DNA from: a virus
Length of the DNA: 64,000 bases
IMG/VR virus record: IMGVR_UViG_3300036771_000052
Coordinates: 1 to 64,000 of that record
Reading direction: 5' to 3' (one strand)
Shown here: positions 20,640 to 31,150 of the stretch, piece after piece
How the letters are laid out: each line of letters starts with the position of its first letter
Position numbering within the stretch: the first letter of the stretch is position 1
The notes under the pieces: model-generated
The model's database searches: none
Told to the model about the DNA's origin: nothing
What the model saw: only the letters and a program-made list of their open reading frames with translations
Program-made: the position numbers and the translations under genes

Positions 20640-22334
20640 ATGGCTACGGATAAGAAACCGCCATCCCCGACTCAAATGTTCGGCGATTGTACCTCCCCAA
20701 TGGAGCTCGTCGAACGTTTCGAGTCGTATAAGTTTGAGCTAACGAAATCTCTCTCTTCACCGGTTCCGCTTCCTGGCGGTCCCGGTTTCGATGAAACAAA
20801 CACCGCTTCGGCTTTCCAGTCAGCTTTGAGCTCACCGGAAATCTCGAAGGCGCTTTCCCCAGAATTGGTTTCTTCGGTGCGTAACGCGCTGGCGGAATCA
20901 GCTTTGGGTAAAGAATGGACAGCTGGAACAGGTTCTAACGCCAACCCGGTTCCACAAGGTTTGGTTGCTTTCGATTTGGAAGCACCCGCGAAGCTTTTGG
21001 CACCTCGTCCGACGCCTTTGCGTAACCGTATCGCGCGTCGCCGCGGAATCGGTTTGGCACACCGCTTCAAGGTAATCTCCGGATTCACCGGTACCGGCAC
21101 TGGTGGTGTGGGTATTTTCCACCCAGGTATCACTGAAGGTGGTGTGAACTCCCAGGGAACTGGTTTCCAGCCTGGCGGTTCACCGTATCCAACATATTTG
21201 CGTGGTGCGGCGATCAGCTACGCTGGTTACGACCAGAGTGTGGCCTACAAGCAATTCGGCGTATCCGACGTTGTCAGCTGGGCCGCGCAGTTCTCCGGCC
21301 AAGGCTACGAGGACGTAAGGCAGCTATCCCAGTCCACACTTTTGTGGTCGTCAATGTTGCTAGAGGAGCGCATGCTTCTTGGTGGTCGTGGAACCGACTC
21401 CGGGTTCTCCGGGGCGATCGTTCCCACAGTCACTTTGACTGCGCGTGCCGCAGGGTCGGGTGAAGCCGCTATCACTGGTGGCGGCACCAACGTCTACGTT
21501 GAAGTTGTCGGCCACGGCATGTGGGGTACCGGTGCTCTAACAGGCGCTGTATCGGTGGCCACCGGTTCTGGTGTCATCGACGTGAACATCACGAACGCTA
21601 ACACAACAGCCGCGTTGTCATACGACATCTATGTGGGTACTGGGTCTTCCGCACCAGCCGCATCAGCGATGTATCTCGCTGCATCAGGTGTGACGGCAAG
21701 CAAGTTCACAATTCAGGGTGCGTTGCCATCGAGCGGTACTAACGCTTCGACAGCGCCTACTTCGGACACTTCAGCATATGCGACTGGGTACGACGGTATC
21801 CTTTCTTACTGCTGTGGTTCAAACTCTGGTTACGTGAACCACGTAAACGGTCCGTTGTCCACCACTAACCCGGGTAACGAGTTCAACGTTGCTTTCGCGG
21901 CTATTTACGACTCAGTCAAGGGTGACCCTGACGAAATCTTCGCAAACGGCCACGACCGTAAGCAGCTCTCCGACACCCTGAAGGCCGCGAACGGTAACTC
22001 CTACCGTATCAACCTTCAAAACTCGGGTGACGCACACAACGCGCAAATCGGAGCCCTCGTGACCGGGGTTCAAAATGAAGTTACTGGAAAAATGGTGGAC
22101 GTAACTGTTCACCCGTGGATGCCTCAGGGTGTCATGCCTATTGTGTCGTGGACTTTGCCGCTGCCTGATTCTAACGTTTCGGACGTGTGGGCGGTTTACA
22201 ATGTTCAGGATTACATGGGTATTCAGTGGCCTGTTCAGCAATTCTTGTACGAGTCATCCAGTTACTGGTACGGGACGTTCATTTGTTACGCGCCTGGGTG
22301 GAATGGTGCGGTGATGGGAATTACCCAGGTATAA
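20640..22334 (+). CDS. Major capsid protein with an inserted beta-sandwich domain
   Basis: Follows the protease and precedes a strong hairpin; FDLEAPAKLLAPRPTPLRNRI N-terminal region; central Gly/Thr-rich Ig-like insertion. Confidence 0.85.
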   Translation: MATDKKPPSPTQMFGDCTSPMELVERFESYKFELTKSLSSPVPLPGGPGFDETNTASAFQSALSSPEISKALSPELVSSVRNALAESALGKEWTAGTGSNANPVPQGLVAFDLEAPAKLLAPRPTPLRNRIARRRGIGLAHRFKVISGFTGTGTGGVGIFHPGITEGGVNSQGTGFQPGGSPYPTYLRGAAISYAGYDQSVAYKQFGVSDVVSWAAQFSGQGYEDVRQLSQSTLLWSSMLLEERMLLGGRGTDSGFSGAIVPTVTLTARAAGSGEAAITGGGTNVYVEVVGHGMWGTGALTGAVSVATGSGVIDVNITNANTTAALSYDIYVGTGSSAPAASAMYLAASGVTASKFTIQGALPSSGTNASTAPTSDTSAYATGYDGILSYCCGSNSGYVNHVNGPLSTTNPGNEFNVAFAAIYDSVKGDPDEIFANGHDRKQLSDTLKAANGNSYRINLQNSGDAHNAQIGALVTGVQNEVTGKMVDVTVHPWMPQGVMPIVSWTLPLPDSNVSDVWAVYNVQDYMGIQWPVQQFLYESSSYWYGTFICYAPGWNGAVMGITQV

Positions 22335-22360
22335 CAATACCGGGTTTCTCTGAAGTCGTC

Positions 22361-22399
22361 TAGACAATGCCGCCGGCCACATGCCGGCGGCATTGTCTA
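22361..22399 (+). terminator. Strong hairpin after the capsid gene
   Basis: Perfect 17-bp stem 22361-22377/22383-22399. Confidence 0.75.
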
Positions 22400-22418
22400 C
22401 CATCGGAAGGTTTTATCT

Positions 22419-22643
22419 ATGTCCACACCTGTCGAGGCGCAACCTAAGCGTCGTCCACCACGTTCCCGCAGCTCAGAGGCCGTGACGGCCACTCCGGAGA
22501 TTGTTCCAGAAACAGTTCCTCGTATTCCCAACGATGAACGCGTCGGCCTTTCCGTCCCTGATCCTGGATGTACTGGGATCACGTTCGAGGACGGTAAATC
22601 GTATCGCGTGAAGAACGGGATGATCGTCGAGAGGGTGGCATAG
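22419..22643 (+). CDS. Hypothetical virion-operon protein
   Basis: RBS; coupled to the next ORF. Confidence 0.6.
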   Translation: MSTPVEAQPKRRPPRSRSSEAVTATPEIVPETVPRIPNDERVGLSVPDPGCTGITFEDGKSYRVKNGMIVERVA

Positions 22644-22879
22644 TGCCTCGTTTGTTGTCCCCTGACGATAAATGTCTTGAGGTCGACGTGAGAGGTCTCC
22701 GCTACCGCGGGAAGACAATCAACGTCACCGACCCGGTAGCGGTCAAACAACTCCGCGAGGCCGGCTATACCATGGCCGACACCGCCGGTGTTATCACACG
22801 TGGCGGGTTTGCGTGCGAGTGTGGTTTTCAATCTTATTTCCGGCTGTGTTCGAGATGTGGCTCGGAATGTAAACAATAG
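22643..22879 (+). CDS. Small zinc-ribbon protein
   Basis: CECGF...CSRCG. Confidence 0.65.
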   Translation: MPRLLSPDDKCLEVDVRGLRYRGKTINVTDPVAVKQLREAGYTMADTAGVITRGGFACECGFQSYFRLCSRCGSECKQ

Positions 22880-22888
22880 GAGGCAGAT

Positions 22889-23788
22889 ATGACTGCTCCT
22901 ACTCTTCCCCCTACGTCCACGATGGGGACACCAGTCGCTTATCTAACCTTGGCCGAGCTCGAACGTAATCCCATCTACCAGGAACTTAAACACCTCGTCC
23001 CCAACGAGTCGCCCGCCGATCGGGACGCCGAGCTGGAGAGGATTCTCGCCAGAATTTCGGCGATGATCAACGGTTTGTGTAACCAAAACTTGGCGGCCAC
23101 CACCGACCGAGAAATCGGACAAGTCGTTGTCTCCGACGAGGGAAATCTGGTCATCCACACCCGCGGCGACCCCATCATCGAAGTCGTGTCCGTCTCGGTC
23201 GGACCGAACGTGTACAACCTCACCCAAATCACAGATTTGTCCCACGTCATTGTAGAACCCTGGTCGATCACCATCCCACAAGCTTTGGCCGGATCATGGT
23301 TTTCCAGCGGGAACCTCCCCCTCGGGAGTTCGTGGCGGCCACGCTCAAAACTGTGGGCTGAGTGGACGTATGTGAACGGTTTCCCCATCTCCACCATCGC
23401 GGAGGATGTGAACGCTGGGGACACCACCATCACAGTGAAGGATGCAACGGGGATTATCCCCACATCTTCCTCGCCGGGTCTGATCCCGACATTGTTGACG
23501 ATCGAGGACGGTATCTACCTAGAACAAGTCGTCCCCACCGCGGTGAACGGGAATGTCCTAACTGTTCCTCCTTTGTCGTATGCGCATGAGTCTGGTGTGG
23601 GGATTCACAGCATGCCAGGAGACATCAAACAGGCAGCGTTGATTTTGATGTCCCGTATTCATGACACGTGGGCTTTGGCTATGGGCGCGATTTCTATGGA
23701 CGGGTCGGGTGCGCAAATGTCTGAGGGTAAACCTCGGTTTATGTGTGATCCGGCGTGGATTCTGAATCCGTACATTAGGAAAGTGTAG
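22889..23788 (+). CDS. Head-to-tail adaptor
   Basis: AYLTLAEL...ILARISAMINGLC; MPGDIKQAALIL...ILNPYIR. Confidence 0.75.
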   Translation: MTAPTLPPTSTMGTPVAYLTLAELERNPIYQELKHLVPNESPADRDAELERILARISAMINGLCNQNLAATTDREIGQVVVSDEGNLVIHTRGDPIIEVVSVSVGPNVYNLTQITDLSHVIVEPWSITIPQALAGSWFSSGNLPLGSSWRPRSKLWAEWTYVNGFPISTIAEDVNAGDTTITVKDATGIIPTSSSPGLIPTLLTIEDGIYLEQVVPTAVNGNVLTVPPLSYAHESGVGIHSMPGDIKQAALILMSRIHDTWALAMGAISMDGSGAQMSEGKPRFMCDPAWILNPYIRKV

Positions 23789-24195
23789 TGGGTAACTACA
23801 ACGACATCAGGTTCGCGCTGGGTAAAGCATTAAAATCTTTCCAACCGGATTTGAATGTGTACTACTACATGCCGCGGTCCGCTTCCCCGCCGGTGGCGAT
23901 CATCATGCCGTCACCGAACCAAACCATCAATTATATGGAAGCGCAAACATCCCGCTCAGCTAAATGGAACTTCATCGTCATGGTCACTGTCGGCTATGTG
24001 GACAGTGAGGCGGCGCAGCTCCGGGTCGGGGAGCTTATTTCTCCGGGGTCTGAGTTGTTGACTGTGTTGAATGGGAAGATCGGCACCGGGTATTCGCAGG
24101 TGACGTCGGGTTCGGTTCACGAGTTGATGTTGGGGAAACCCCCTAAAACGGCTCTGCATACGTGTGCGCGGCTTTCTTTGATTGTCCTCGCGTAA
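23788..24195 (+). CDS. Tail terminator / completion protein
   Basis: Position and size; PPVAII motif. Confidence 0.6.
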   Translation: MGNYNDIRFALGKALKSFQPDLNVYYYMPRSASPPVAIIMPSPNQTINYMEAQTSRSAKWNFIVMVTVGYVDSEAAQLRVGELISPGSELLTVLNGKIGTGYSQVTSGSVHELMLGKPPKTALHTCARLSLIVLA

Positions 24196-24208
24196 CTCTT
24201 TTTTGTTT

Positions 24209-24231
24209 CCCCACTCCTGGTGGGGTTTTTT
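24209..24231 (+). terminator. Rho-independent terminator
   Basis: CCCCAC-TCCTG-GTGGGG followed by T6. Confidence 0.7.
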
Positions 24232-24254
24232 GTTGTCCCCAAAAAGGAAGTGGC

Positions 24255-24494
24255 ATGGCAGTAAAACAAATGGGTGACGGCTCCCGGAAAGTTTTGAGGG
24301 ATTTCCGCTACACCGACCCGCAATCAGGTGAGAGCACCAATTGGAAGGCCGGGGACTCTTACACGGGTCGTATGGATAACCCGTGGCTGCTGGACCCGAA
24401 TGGTCCGGACGGTGGGGGTCCACTCATCGAGTCTCCTGCGCCAGCTCCTACTCAACCAATTGTTTCGCTTAGCGATCCAAGCAAGGAGAAGTAA
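24255..24494 (+). CDS. Hypothetical protein upstream of the tail tube gene
   Basis: AAGGAAG RBS; ATG at 24255. Confidence 0.6.
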   Translation: MAVKQMGDGSRKVLRDFRYTDPQSGESTNWKAGDSYTGRMDNPWLLDPNGPDGGGPLIESPAPAPTQPIVSLSDPSKEK

Positions 24495-24497
24495 GTC

Positions 24498-25277
24498 ATG
24501 GCTATTGACCTGGCGCAGGTCACAACTTTTTATCCTGGATATCAGGCGCAATGGGGTATCGAACAATACCTATTCAGTGCTCAGGGTAACGATATTGAAC
24601 ACTCTAGGAAAGCTGACAAGATCGACGGGTCGGGTTTCGGCACTAGGGTAAAGAACAACCTCCCCGGCATGCAGGAAGGGACCTTAAAAATTAAGGGTCT
24701 CGCTGTCATGGACAAGGGGAAGTTGAACTGGCAGCTCAACCAATGGTTCGGGATCACGTCTCCCATCAATGCGTGGTATGCGCTTGAGGGGTTGAATGCG
24801 GGTGCGCCGATCACAATGCAGCCGTCGTCCATCATTGATGCTTCTATCTCCGCGAAGCTGAAAGACGCGGTCGACTTCAACTTGGAGTTGGACGCCCGCG
24901 GTGCATATAACGATGGTTTCATTTTGTTGTCCCCGGAAAATCTGCTAACGGGGGCTTCAGGAACCGGTGCGGCGGACTCAAACGTCGGGTTCGGCGGTCC
25001 AACCACAACTGGTGGTGTGGTTGAACTTCACGTGTGGGCGTTCGACGGGGGCACCAACCCTAGTGTCACGGTGACGGTTCAGCATTCACCGGATAACGCC
25101 ACGTGGACCACTCTTCAAGCGTTCCAAGCGCAATCCACTTTGGGTTCTCAAAGGATCACGCTGCCATCGACCACAACGATTAACCAATACGTCCAAGCCA
25201 CATGGACGACATCGGGTTCACCAACTGATGTTCAGGTGTTGTGTGCGTATGCGCGTGGTTTGAACTTGCTTGCATAA
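24498..25277 (+). CDS. Major tail (tube) protein
   Basis: Position before chaperones and tape measure; DGSGFG..KNNLPGMQEGTL tube-like motif. Confidence 0.75.
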   Translation: MAIDLAQVTTFYPGYQAQWGIEQYLFSAQGNDIEHSRKADKIDGSGFGTRVKNNLPGMQEGTLKIKGLAVMDKGKLNWQLNQWFGITSPINAWYALEGLNAGAPITMQPSSIIDASISAKLKDAVDFNLELDARGAYNDGFILLSPENLLTGASGTGAADSNVGFGGPTTTGGVVELHVWAFDGGTNPSVTVTVQHSPDNATWTTLQAFQAQSTLGSQRITLPSTTTINQYVQATWTTSGSPTDVQVLCAYARGLNLLA

Positions 25278-25294
25278 AGGAGTTTTTGACCGTC

Positions 25295-25540
25295 ATGACT
25301 CATCCTTCGTGGAATGATCCAGAGTGTTTCTTCGTCGGGGTTATCCCGAAGGAACAAACCCAGACGGTTGCGAGACGACTTGACCCTGAGGAGATCACGC
25401 ATACTGGGTGTCGGGTGATTAAACACCCGGATGCGTGCATCCTCTGCGTGGCAAATGACGATTGCAGAAAACTACCTATGCACGTTCATTGCCGCTGTAA
25501 AAGGGAGTTTTATTTTGAAAAAGAAATCCTCCCGGAGTAG
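25295..25540 (+). CDS. Small Cys-rich hypothetical protein
   Basis: ORF between tail tube and chaperone genes with several Cys/His. Confidence 0.5.
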   Translation: MTHPSWNDPECFFVGVIPKEQTQTVARRLDPEEITHTGCRVIKHPDACILCVANDDCRKLPMHVHCRCKREFYFEKEILPE

Positions 25541-25580
25541 GCGTACACCCGCGCCTATTCTCACTAGTCAGAAAGTACAC

Positions 25581-26012
25581 ATGTCTAACGCCGAAGAAGA
25601 AGTTGAGTTCGAACTTGTCACCTCCGCGCGGATGTTGGCTCCCCCTCCTCCGTTGCGGAAAGAACCTGTAACTTTGGAGGAGTGGAAAACCGTCAGCGGT
25701 AAAGCCGCAAGGTTCCTGGTGTGGGAGTTGACCGCCGCCGAGTTCTCCGCCTGTATCGAATCTGGGTGGACCTACAAAGATGGTGCGCGGAAAAAATATG
25801 ATGAAGAAGCCGCCGACATCCGCTTCCTGGCGTATGTGATCCGCGACCAACACGGACATAGGTTGTGGCCGAAAATTGAGGACGCTAAAGCTCAGTTGGG
25901 ACTGCTTGGTCGCGCCACCATCCAAACTTTGGTGGCGGCGGGTAACCGCATGAATTCCGCGAGGGAAGTGGCAAAAGCGGGAAACTCCGAAGAAACCCAG
26001 AGCGACTCCTAG
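25581..26012 (+). CDS. Tail assembly chaperone (G)
   Basis: Upstream of tape measure; ends with slippery G GGA AAC. Confidence 0.8.
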   Translation: MSNAEEEVEFELVTSARMLAPPPPLRKEPVTLEEWKTVSGKAARFLVWELTAAEFSACIESGWTYKDGARKKYDEEAADIRFLAYVIRDQHGHRLWPKIEDAKAQLGLLGRATIQTLVAAGNRMNSAREVAKAGNSEETQSDS

Positions 26013-26305
26013 CATTAGACTTCGCGTTCGCTTTGGGTTTCCCCTCCGCCGAAAGTTTCTTGGGAGCAATCACTGTCCCGGACTGGTTGGAGTGGATGGA
26101 GTGGTACAACATCCGCGGTCCCATTGGCGGTCCCCGCCAGGACTATTACACCGCGTTTATCGCGCAGCAAGCAGCTGGACCGTTCCAGAAACCTGACCAC
26201 GGGAAGTTCGAAAACTTCATCATGCCGTGGCTACGTCCAGACGAAATCGATGTGTCCCAATTTATCCGGAATTGGATTGACACGCGGGGAACTAACGAGG
26301 AGTGA
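25979..26305 (+). CDS. Tail assembly chaperone GT extension via programmed -1 frameshift
   Basis: GGGAAAC at 25979-25985; the -1 frame reads GKLRRNPERLLALDFAFALGFPS... openly into the 26033-26305 ORF. Confidence 0.85.
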   Translation, partial: GKLRRNPERLLALDFAFALGFPSAESFLGAITVPDWLEWMEWYNIRGPIGGPRQDYYTAFIAQQAAGPFQKPDHGKFENFIMPWLRPDEIDVSQFIRNWIDTRGTNEE

Positions 26306-26308
26306 GTT

Positions 26309-29300
26309 GTGGCCGCCGAAAGCATCATGAACCTAGTTATGACTGGGGATTGTACCAGTTTGGTGGCCGCAACCCAGTCCGCGAAAAACGCCGCCGTCGA
26401 CCTCGGGAACACTGAGGCCAGGGTGTCGGTCACGATGCCTGGCGCGTCATCTGTGATGTCGCAGATGCGTGGTTTGCAGGCCGCGAAGGACGACCTCGGC
26501 GGCAGCGACATCAAATTCGCTGTTGCCGCGCCGGGGATGAATGAGGCGCGCGAAGACGTCCGCAACATGCAGAAAGACGTCGATTCCCTCGCGGCGTCCG
26601 TCAATAGTGTTTCCGATGTGGACGTTTCTGTCGGTGGGGGTGGCGCGCTTCGAACTATGGTGTCGGACCTCTCCAAAACCAGCACAAGTATGCGGTCTCT
26701 AGCGTCCACTTCGTCGGAGTCGATGCAAAGCATCCGGTCTGATGTGTCTAGTACGGCGCAGCAGGTGAATGCGATGACGGAGGCGAATGAGGCTAACGCT
26801 CGGTCATCGGTTTCGGTGGGTGCGTCCGCTCGTGCATCGTTCGGCCGGGTGGAAGGCGCGATCACCTCATCCGCATCCGCGGCGGACCGTCTCGGCGATT
26901 CTCTGAGTGGTGTAGATAACGGCGCGAGTTCTGTAGCTAAAACTGTTGGGGATGTCGACAACAGTGTCGGTTCGTTGGGGAAATCTGTTGCTGATCTCGG
27001 GGAGAGCGGAACACAGTCTCTTCAGAGTATCGGTGCCGCGGCGAGTAAGTCGGGCAGCGATTTCGGTTTCCACGGGAAAGCAGTTAACGATGCTGCTGAT
27101 GCTCAACGTGCGCTTACGGCGGATGCGCAACGGTCTGCTGGCGCTGTTTCCGAACTGACCCGCGAGACCGGTAACTATGGGAACAAGCTTGCGGAAGTTT
27201 CCGAGGCGCGAGGAGCGTTCGACGGCATCACCGCTGGCGGCAGCGGAATTCCCGTCATCACCGACCTCGGTACGAAGCCAGGTAAGGGTTACGGCGTCGG
27301 TCCTTCCGCCGGGTTACCGAAGAATATTCCCCCGATCACTTTGGCCGGGTCCACCACCCCAGCCGCTGGCGGTCCACCCCCACCGGGAACACCCCCAGTT
27401 GTTCCTCCAGTAGATAAAAAGCCACCAAAAGGTGGTGGTCCTTTCAAAGAGTTCGACAAGGCCGGTGGTGAAGCATTCGACGCGGCCGGTCAAGTCGGCT
27501 CACTCGGGATGATGGGTGCGTTCGTCGGCGGCCTCGGAGTGGCCGCAACCGCCGCTGTCGGACTCGGCTCCGTCTACGAGACGATGAAGCAAATGCCGGT
27601 GCCATGGTCGGAAGCAACCCAAGCCGTCGACCAGTTCAATCACGGTTTGAACCGCACCATCGCGCTGGGTGACATTTACGGCAACGCGGAAAGTATCGTT
27701 AAACCGGACGCCTTCAAAGCTCTCGGTGCGGCGATGGATAGCCTCGGTGCCGAGGTCGGTCACGTCGGTCTAGACAACATGAACACCGCCATTAGCACCG
27801 CCACGGATTTTGTGAATCAACTCGCACCAGCGTTGGACAGGTTGCAACCGGCGATCGCTCCCGCCATTAAGGGTTTGGGATCGTTGGGTGACGCGGTCGT
27901 ACAAGGCTTGTCTAGCCCCGGCGCTGTACAAGGTATCACCGCGTTGGGTAACACGCTGTCCGATCCGAAGGTTGAGCAGGGTATTGCGGGTTTGGTCTCC
28001 GGTGCTATTACTTCCGGTGGTGTCCTGGGTACTGTGTTGGGGAATGTTGCGGGTGCGATCGGTCCCGGTGGGGGTCCAGCTGGACAGTCCGCTATTGATG
28101 GCGCTATCGCTGGCGCCATGATGAGCGGCAAAGGACTCGTCAACAAGATGGTCGGTGCCGGTATCGGCGCTGTCTTGATGGGTGCCGGTGCGTATGAGCA
28201 GAGTCAAGGTATGGACCCTACTGCTGGGTTTTTCGGCGGAGGGTTGGGTGCGTTAGCTGCGTCGACGTTGAAGTACACCAAACCAGGTGTGTTGGATGAG
28301 AAGACCGGTGAGATCGGTGAAGGTGAGCGGGTGCCGATCAAGGGCGCCGGTCTCGGGGGTGCCATCCTCGGGGAGGGTATTTCTTTCGCCGGGGAAAAGC
28401 TTGAACAGGCGGGTTACCCCACTGCTGGCGGCATGTTGCAGGACACCGGGTATGGCGCGTCGATGGGATTGTTGCTTTCCGGTGGTGACCCGGTCGGCGC
28501 CGCTGTCGGCGGTGGTCTAGGCGCCGCTTATGGCGCGATGAATGCTCTCGCTGAGGCGCATCCGGCGGCGGCGCAGAAAGTTAAGGACACAGCCGGCGGG
28601 GTCATGCATGCGTTGAGCAGTCCGGTTGGCCAGGCGTTGTCCGCGGTCACCGGAATGCCGATTCTTGGTGGTTTGGCCGCCGCCGGAACTGGTATCGAGA
28701 AACTGTTCGGCGGCGGGGAGACCCCGGGAGGCGCGGGGTTGCCGATCCCGGATGTGGATCAGGGTGTGCTCCCGCCGGGTACTGGCGCAGCTTCTAAGAC
28801 GGTTGTTGGTCCGGGTGGAACGTTCGCGGGTTCCCGGGATTCCAGTGGAACAACTAGATTTCAGAATGTTATTAACACGCCGTATGGCGTGGGGGTCAGT
28901 GATTACACTTCGACGCCGGGTGGTCCGACTCAGACGCATTCGCGGATGCCAAGTGCGGATGGTGGCTGGTTGGATACCACTTCTGTTCAGGGTAGTCCTG
29001 GTGGTGGTGTGGGTACGACAACGTTCGGTGAGGACGCTTTCGGACACGCGATCGACCCGGGTTTTGTGTTCACACCGCCGGGTGGTGCCGCTCCACCACC
29101 CGCTGCTCCTCCTGCTCCGGCTGCTCCGCCACCTCCGCCGAAGGCTGCTCCTCCGCCGGTTCCGGTAACTCACGGCGCGCTCGTCGGTGGGGACAGTGGA
29201 AGATTCGCCGGGAACCAAGGCGGTGGTCTACAAGCGGCTGGTGAGGCGGCGAAACGCGCCGCCGAAAGGGAAACACCCGCCGGTGGGGGGTATTCGGCGC

Positions 29301-31078
29301 CGTTCCAGTCGATTCCGCAGTATATCCAGCAGGGACTCGGTTTGGATACTGCTACTCCGGCGGCGCAAACCTCGGCGGAGTTGTCCGGTGGTGTCGCTAG
29401 GACGACGCAAGATGCCGGTCCGGCAACGGGTCAAACACCACCCGGTGCCGGCGGGGGACCTCGTCCGGCGCCACCACAACCACCAGGCGGCGGGGGTAAA
29501 GCTTCTGATGGTTATGTCATTCCTCCTCCGCCGGTTATGTTGCAAACCACCCAGGGATTGAATGCGGCTCGCCATGAAGCGGCTATTGCGGCTGCGAAAA
29601 GCTCTCCGTCTCCGGCGTTCGGCGCCGCCGACTATGCCGGTCTTCATGCAACACCGAACGTTGTCACCCACGCGTTTGATCCTACTATTGCGTATCACGG
29701 CTTGGAAGCGGCGAAGACCGGTTATCACACGTTCGACACCACCACAGGTTTGGAGTTGAACCGTAAAACGCTTCAACCTCTTTCGCGTGCGGAGCTGAAC
29801 ACTCCGCTCGGTCCGAAAGCGCAGGCACCTACAGCACCGGGGACACCAACAACTGGTGCGGCGTTCGGGAAGGTTGTAGGGGATGTTACAAGTATTGCGA
29901 AGACGTCTACACCGACGTCGCCGTATTCCGTATTTGGACGTGCGTTACCAGCGGCACCAACACCGGCGACGGCGGCAGCTCCGATGGGTCCGGGTCGTGC
30001 GATGGCGTCGGCGCAGGATTTGGGTAGATACACCCAAGCGTTGAACGCTGTCACGAATACGGCGAGGACAACGACAACGGCGAATAATTCGTTGGCGAAG
30101 TCGATCCAAACGACCACACCGAAACAGCAACAACAAACACCGACACGAACTCCGGCGCAGCATCAGACGCAAAATAATGCGTTGGCGCAGTCGTTTTCGA
30201 ATGTTGGTCAGGCGGCGAATAAGTCGTCGGACAGCATGAACGGGTTGGGTAAAAACCTCGGGAAAACAACCCAAAGTATGGTGGCGATGCATGCCGCTGT
30301 GCCGGGGATGGCGTCTGTGTCTGGTGCTGTTGCGGGTGCGTCGGTGGCGGCGAATGCGGCGGCTACTTCGGGTATGGGTAAGGCTGGTGCGGCGGGTGGT
30401 GCCGCGTTGGCTTCGGGGATTGGTCATTCGACGGGTCAAGCTCACGCGGCTGGTGCGGCGGCGGCGAGTGCGGGTGCGGCTGGTGCGGCGGGTGCGTCGG
30501 GTTCGCATTCACCTTCGACGGTGATGATGCAGATCGGTGAGTGGATGGGTGAGGGTCTTGAGATTGGTTTGAGGGATTCTTCGTCGCAGGTCGCTTCGGC
30601 GGCGGGTCAGTTAATCCAATCGGCGGTGTCCGCCACCAATAGTGCTATTCAGGGTGTGTATAACCAAACGTTGTCGGGTGGGTTTGGTGCGGGGATTATC
30701 GCCGCATCGAATGGGGTGACCCCGATCGCGCAGGATTATGGTTTGATGATCGGCTACGCGTGGGCGCAGAACGTTGTGACTGGTGCGCAAACGGTGTTGC
30801 AATCTTCCGAGTTTACGGCGTTGACGGTGCCGAAGTTTGGTTCGGCGTTGGCGCAGTCCACGTTGGGTGGGGAAGGTTTGTTGCCGCCGGCTGGTTCTGG
30901 TGCGGAATACTATCAAACCACCTCTGGTAGTGCGGGGATGGTGTCGATGACACCCACCGTCACGATCGGTCAAATCACTGTGTCGGTTGGTGGTCAGCAA
31001 TTGCAGGGTCAGATCGATGGCCAGATCGACGCGAAAATGGTCACCCTGGCTAACTCGATCGGTCAACAACGCGGGTAA
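26309..31078 (+). CDS. Tape measure protein (1589 aa)
   Basis: Longest ORF, after the chaperones; Ala/Gly-rich; C-terminal HSPSTVMMQIGEWMGEGLEIGL motif. Confidence 0.9.
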   Translation: MAAESIMNLVMTGDCTSLVAATQSAKNAAVDLGNTEARVSVTMPGASSVMSQMRGLQAAKDDLGGSDIKFAVAAPGMNEAREDVRNMQKDVDSLAASVNSVSDVDVSVGGGGALRTMVSDLSKTSTSMRSLASTSSESMQSIRSDVSSTAQQVNAMTEANEANARSSVSVGASARASFGRVEGAITSSASAADRLGDSLSGVDNGASSVAKTVGDVDNSVGSLGKSVADLGESGTQSLQSIGAAASKSGSDFGFHGKAVNDAADAQRALTADAQRSAGAVSELTRETGNYGNKLAEVSEARGAFDGITAGGSGIPVITDLGTKPGKGYGVGPSAGLPKNIPPITLAGSTTPAAGGPPPPGTPPVVPPVDKKPPKGGGPFKEFDKAGGEAFDAAGQVGSLGMMGAFVGGLGVAATAAVGLGSVYETMKQMPVPWSEATQAVDQFNHGLNRTIALGDIYGNAESIVKPDAFKALGAAMDSLGAEVGHVGLDNMNTAISTATDFVNQLAPALDRLQPAIAPAIKGLGSLGDAVVQGLSSPGAVQGITALGNTLSDPKVEQGIAGLVSGAITSGGVLGTVLGNVAGAIGPGGGPAGQSAIDGAIAGAMMSGKGLVNKMVGAGIGAVLMGAGAYEQSQGMDPTAGFFGGGLGALAASTLKYTKPGVLDEKTGEIGEGERVPIKGAGLGGAILGEGISFAGEKLEQAGYPTAGGMLQDTGYGASMGLLLSGGDPVGAAVGGGLGAAYGAMNALAEAHPAAAQKVKDTAGGVMHALSSPVGQALSAVTGMPILGGLAAAGTGIEKLFGGGETPGGAGLPIPDVDQGVLPPGTGAASKTVVGPGGTFAGSRDSSGTTRFQNVINTPYGVGVSDYTSTPGGPTQTHSRMPSADGGWLDTTSVQGSPGGGVGTTTFGEDAFGHAIDPGFVFTPPGGAAPPPAAPPAPAAPPPPPKAAPPPVPVTHGALVGGDSGRFAGNQGGGLQAAGEAAKRAAERETPAGGGYSAPFQSIPQYIQQGLGLDTATPAAQTSAELSGGVARTTQDAGPATGQTPPGAGGGPRPAPPQPPGGGGKASDGYVIPPPPVMLQTTQGLNAARHEAAIAAAKSSPSPAFGAADYAGLHATPNVVTHAFDPTIAYHGLEAAKTGYHTFDTTTGLELNRKTLQPLSRAELNTPLGPKAQAPTAPGTPTTGAAFGKVVGDVTSIAKTSTPTSPYSVFGRALPAAPTPATAAAPMGPGRAMASAQDLGRYTQALNAVTNTARTTTTANNSLAKSIQTTTPKQQQQTPTRTPAQHQTQNNALAQSFSNVGQAANKSSDSMNGLGKNLGKTTQSMVAMHAAVPGMASVSGAVAGASVAANAAATSGMGKAGAAGGAALASGIGHSTGQAHAAGAAAASAGAAGAAGASGSHSPSTVMMQIGEWMGEGLEIGLRDSSSQVASAAGQLIQSAVSATNSAIQGVYNQTLSGGFGAGIIAASNGVTPIAQDYGLMIGYAWAQNVVTGAQTVLQSSEFTALTVPKFGSALAQSTLGGEGLLPPAGSGAEYYQTTSGSAGMVSMTPTVTIGQITVSVGGQQLQGQIDGQIDAKMVTLANSIGQQRG

Positions 31079-31082
31079 ATAG

Positions 31083-31116
31083 TCGGCCGACCCCAATAGA
31101 AGATGGGGTCGGCCGA
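31083..31116 (+). terminator. Hairpin after the tape measure gene
   Basis: 13-bp perfect stem. Confidence 0.65.
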
Positions 31117-31150
31117 TCCTAAATTACTTATTCCTAAATAGGGGGGATCT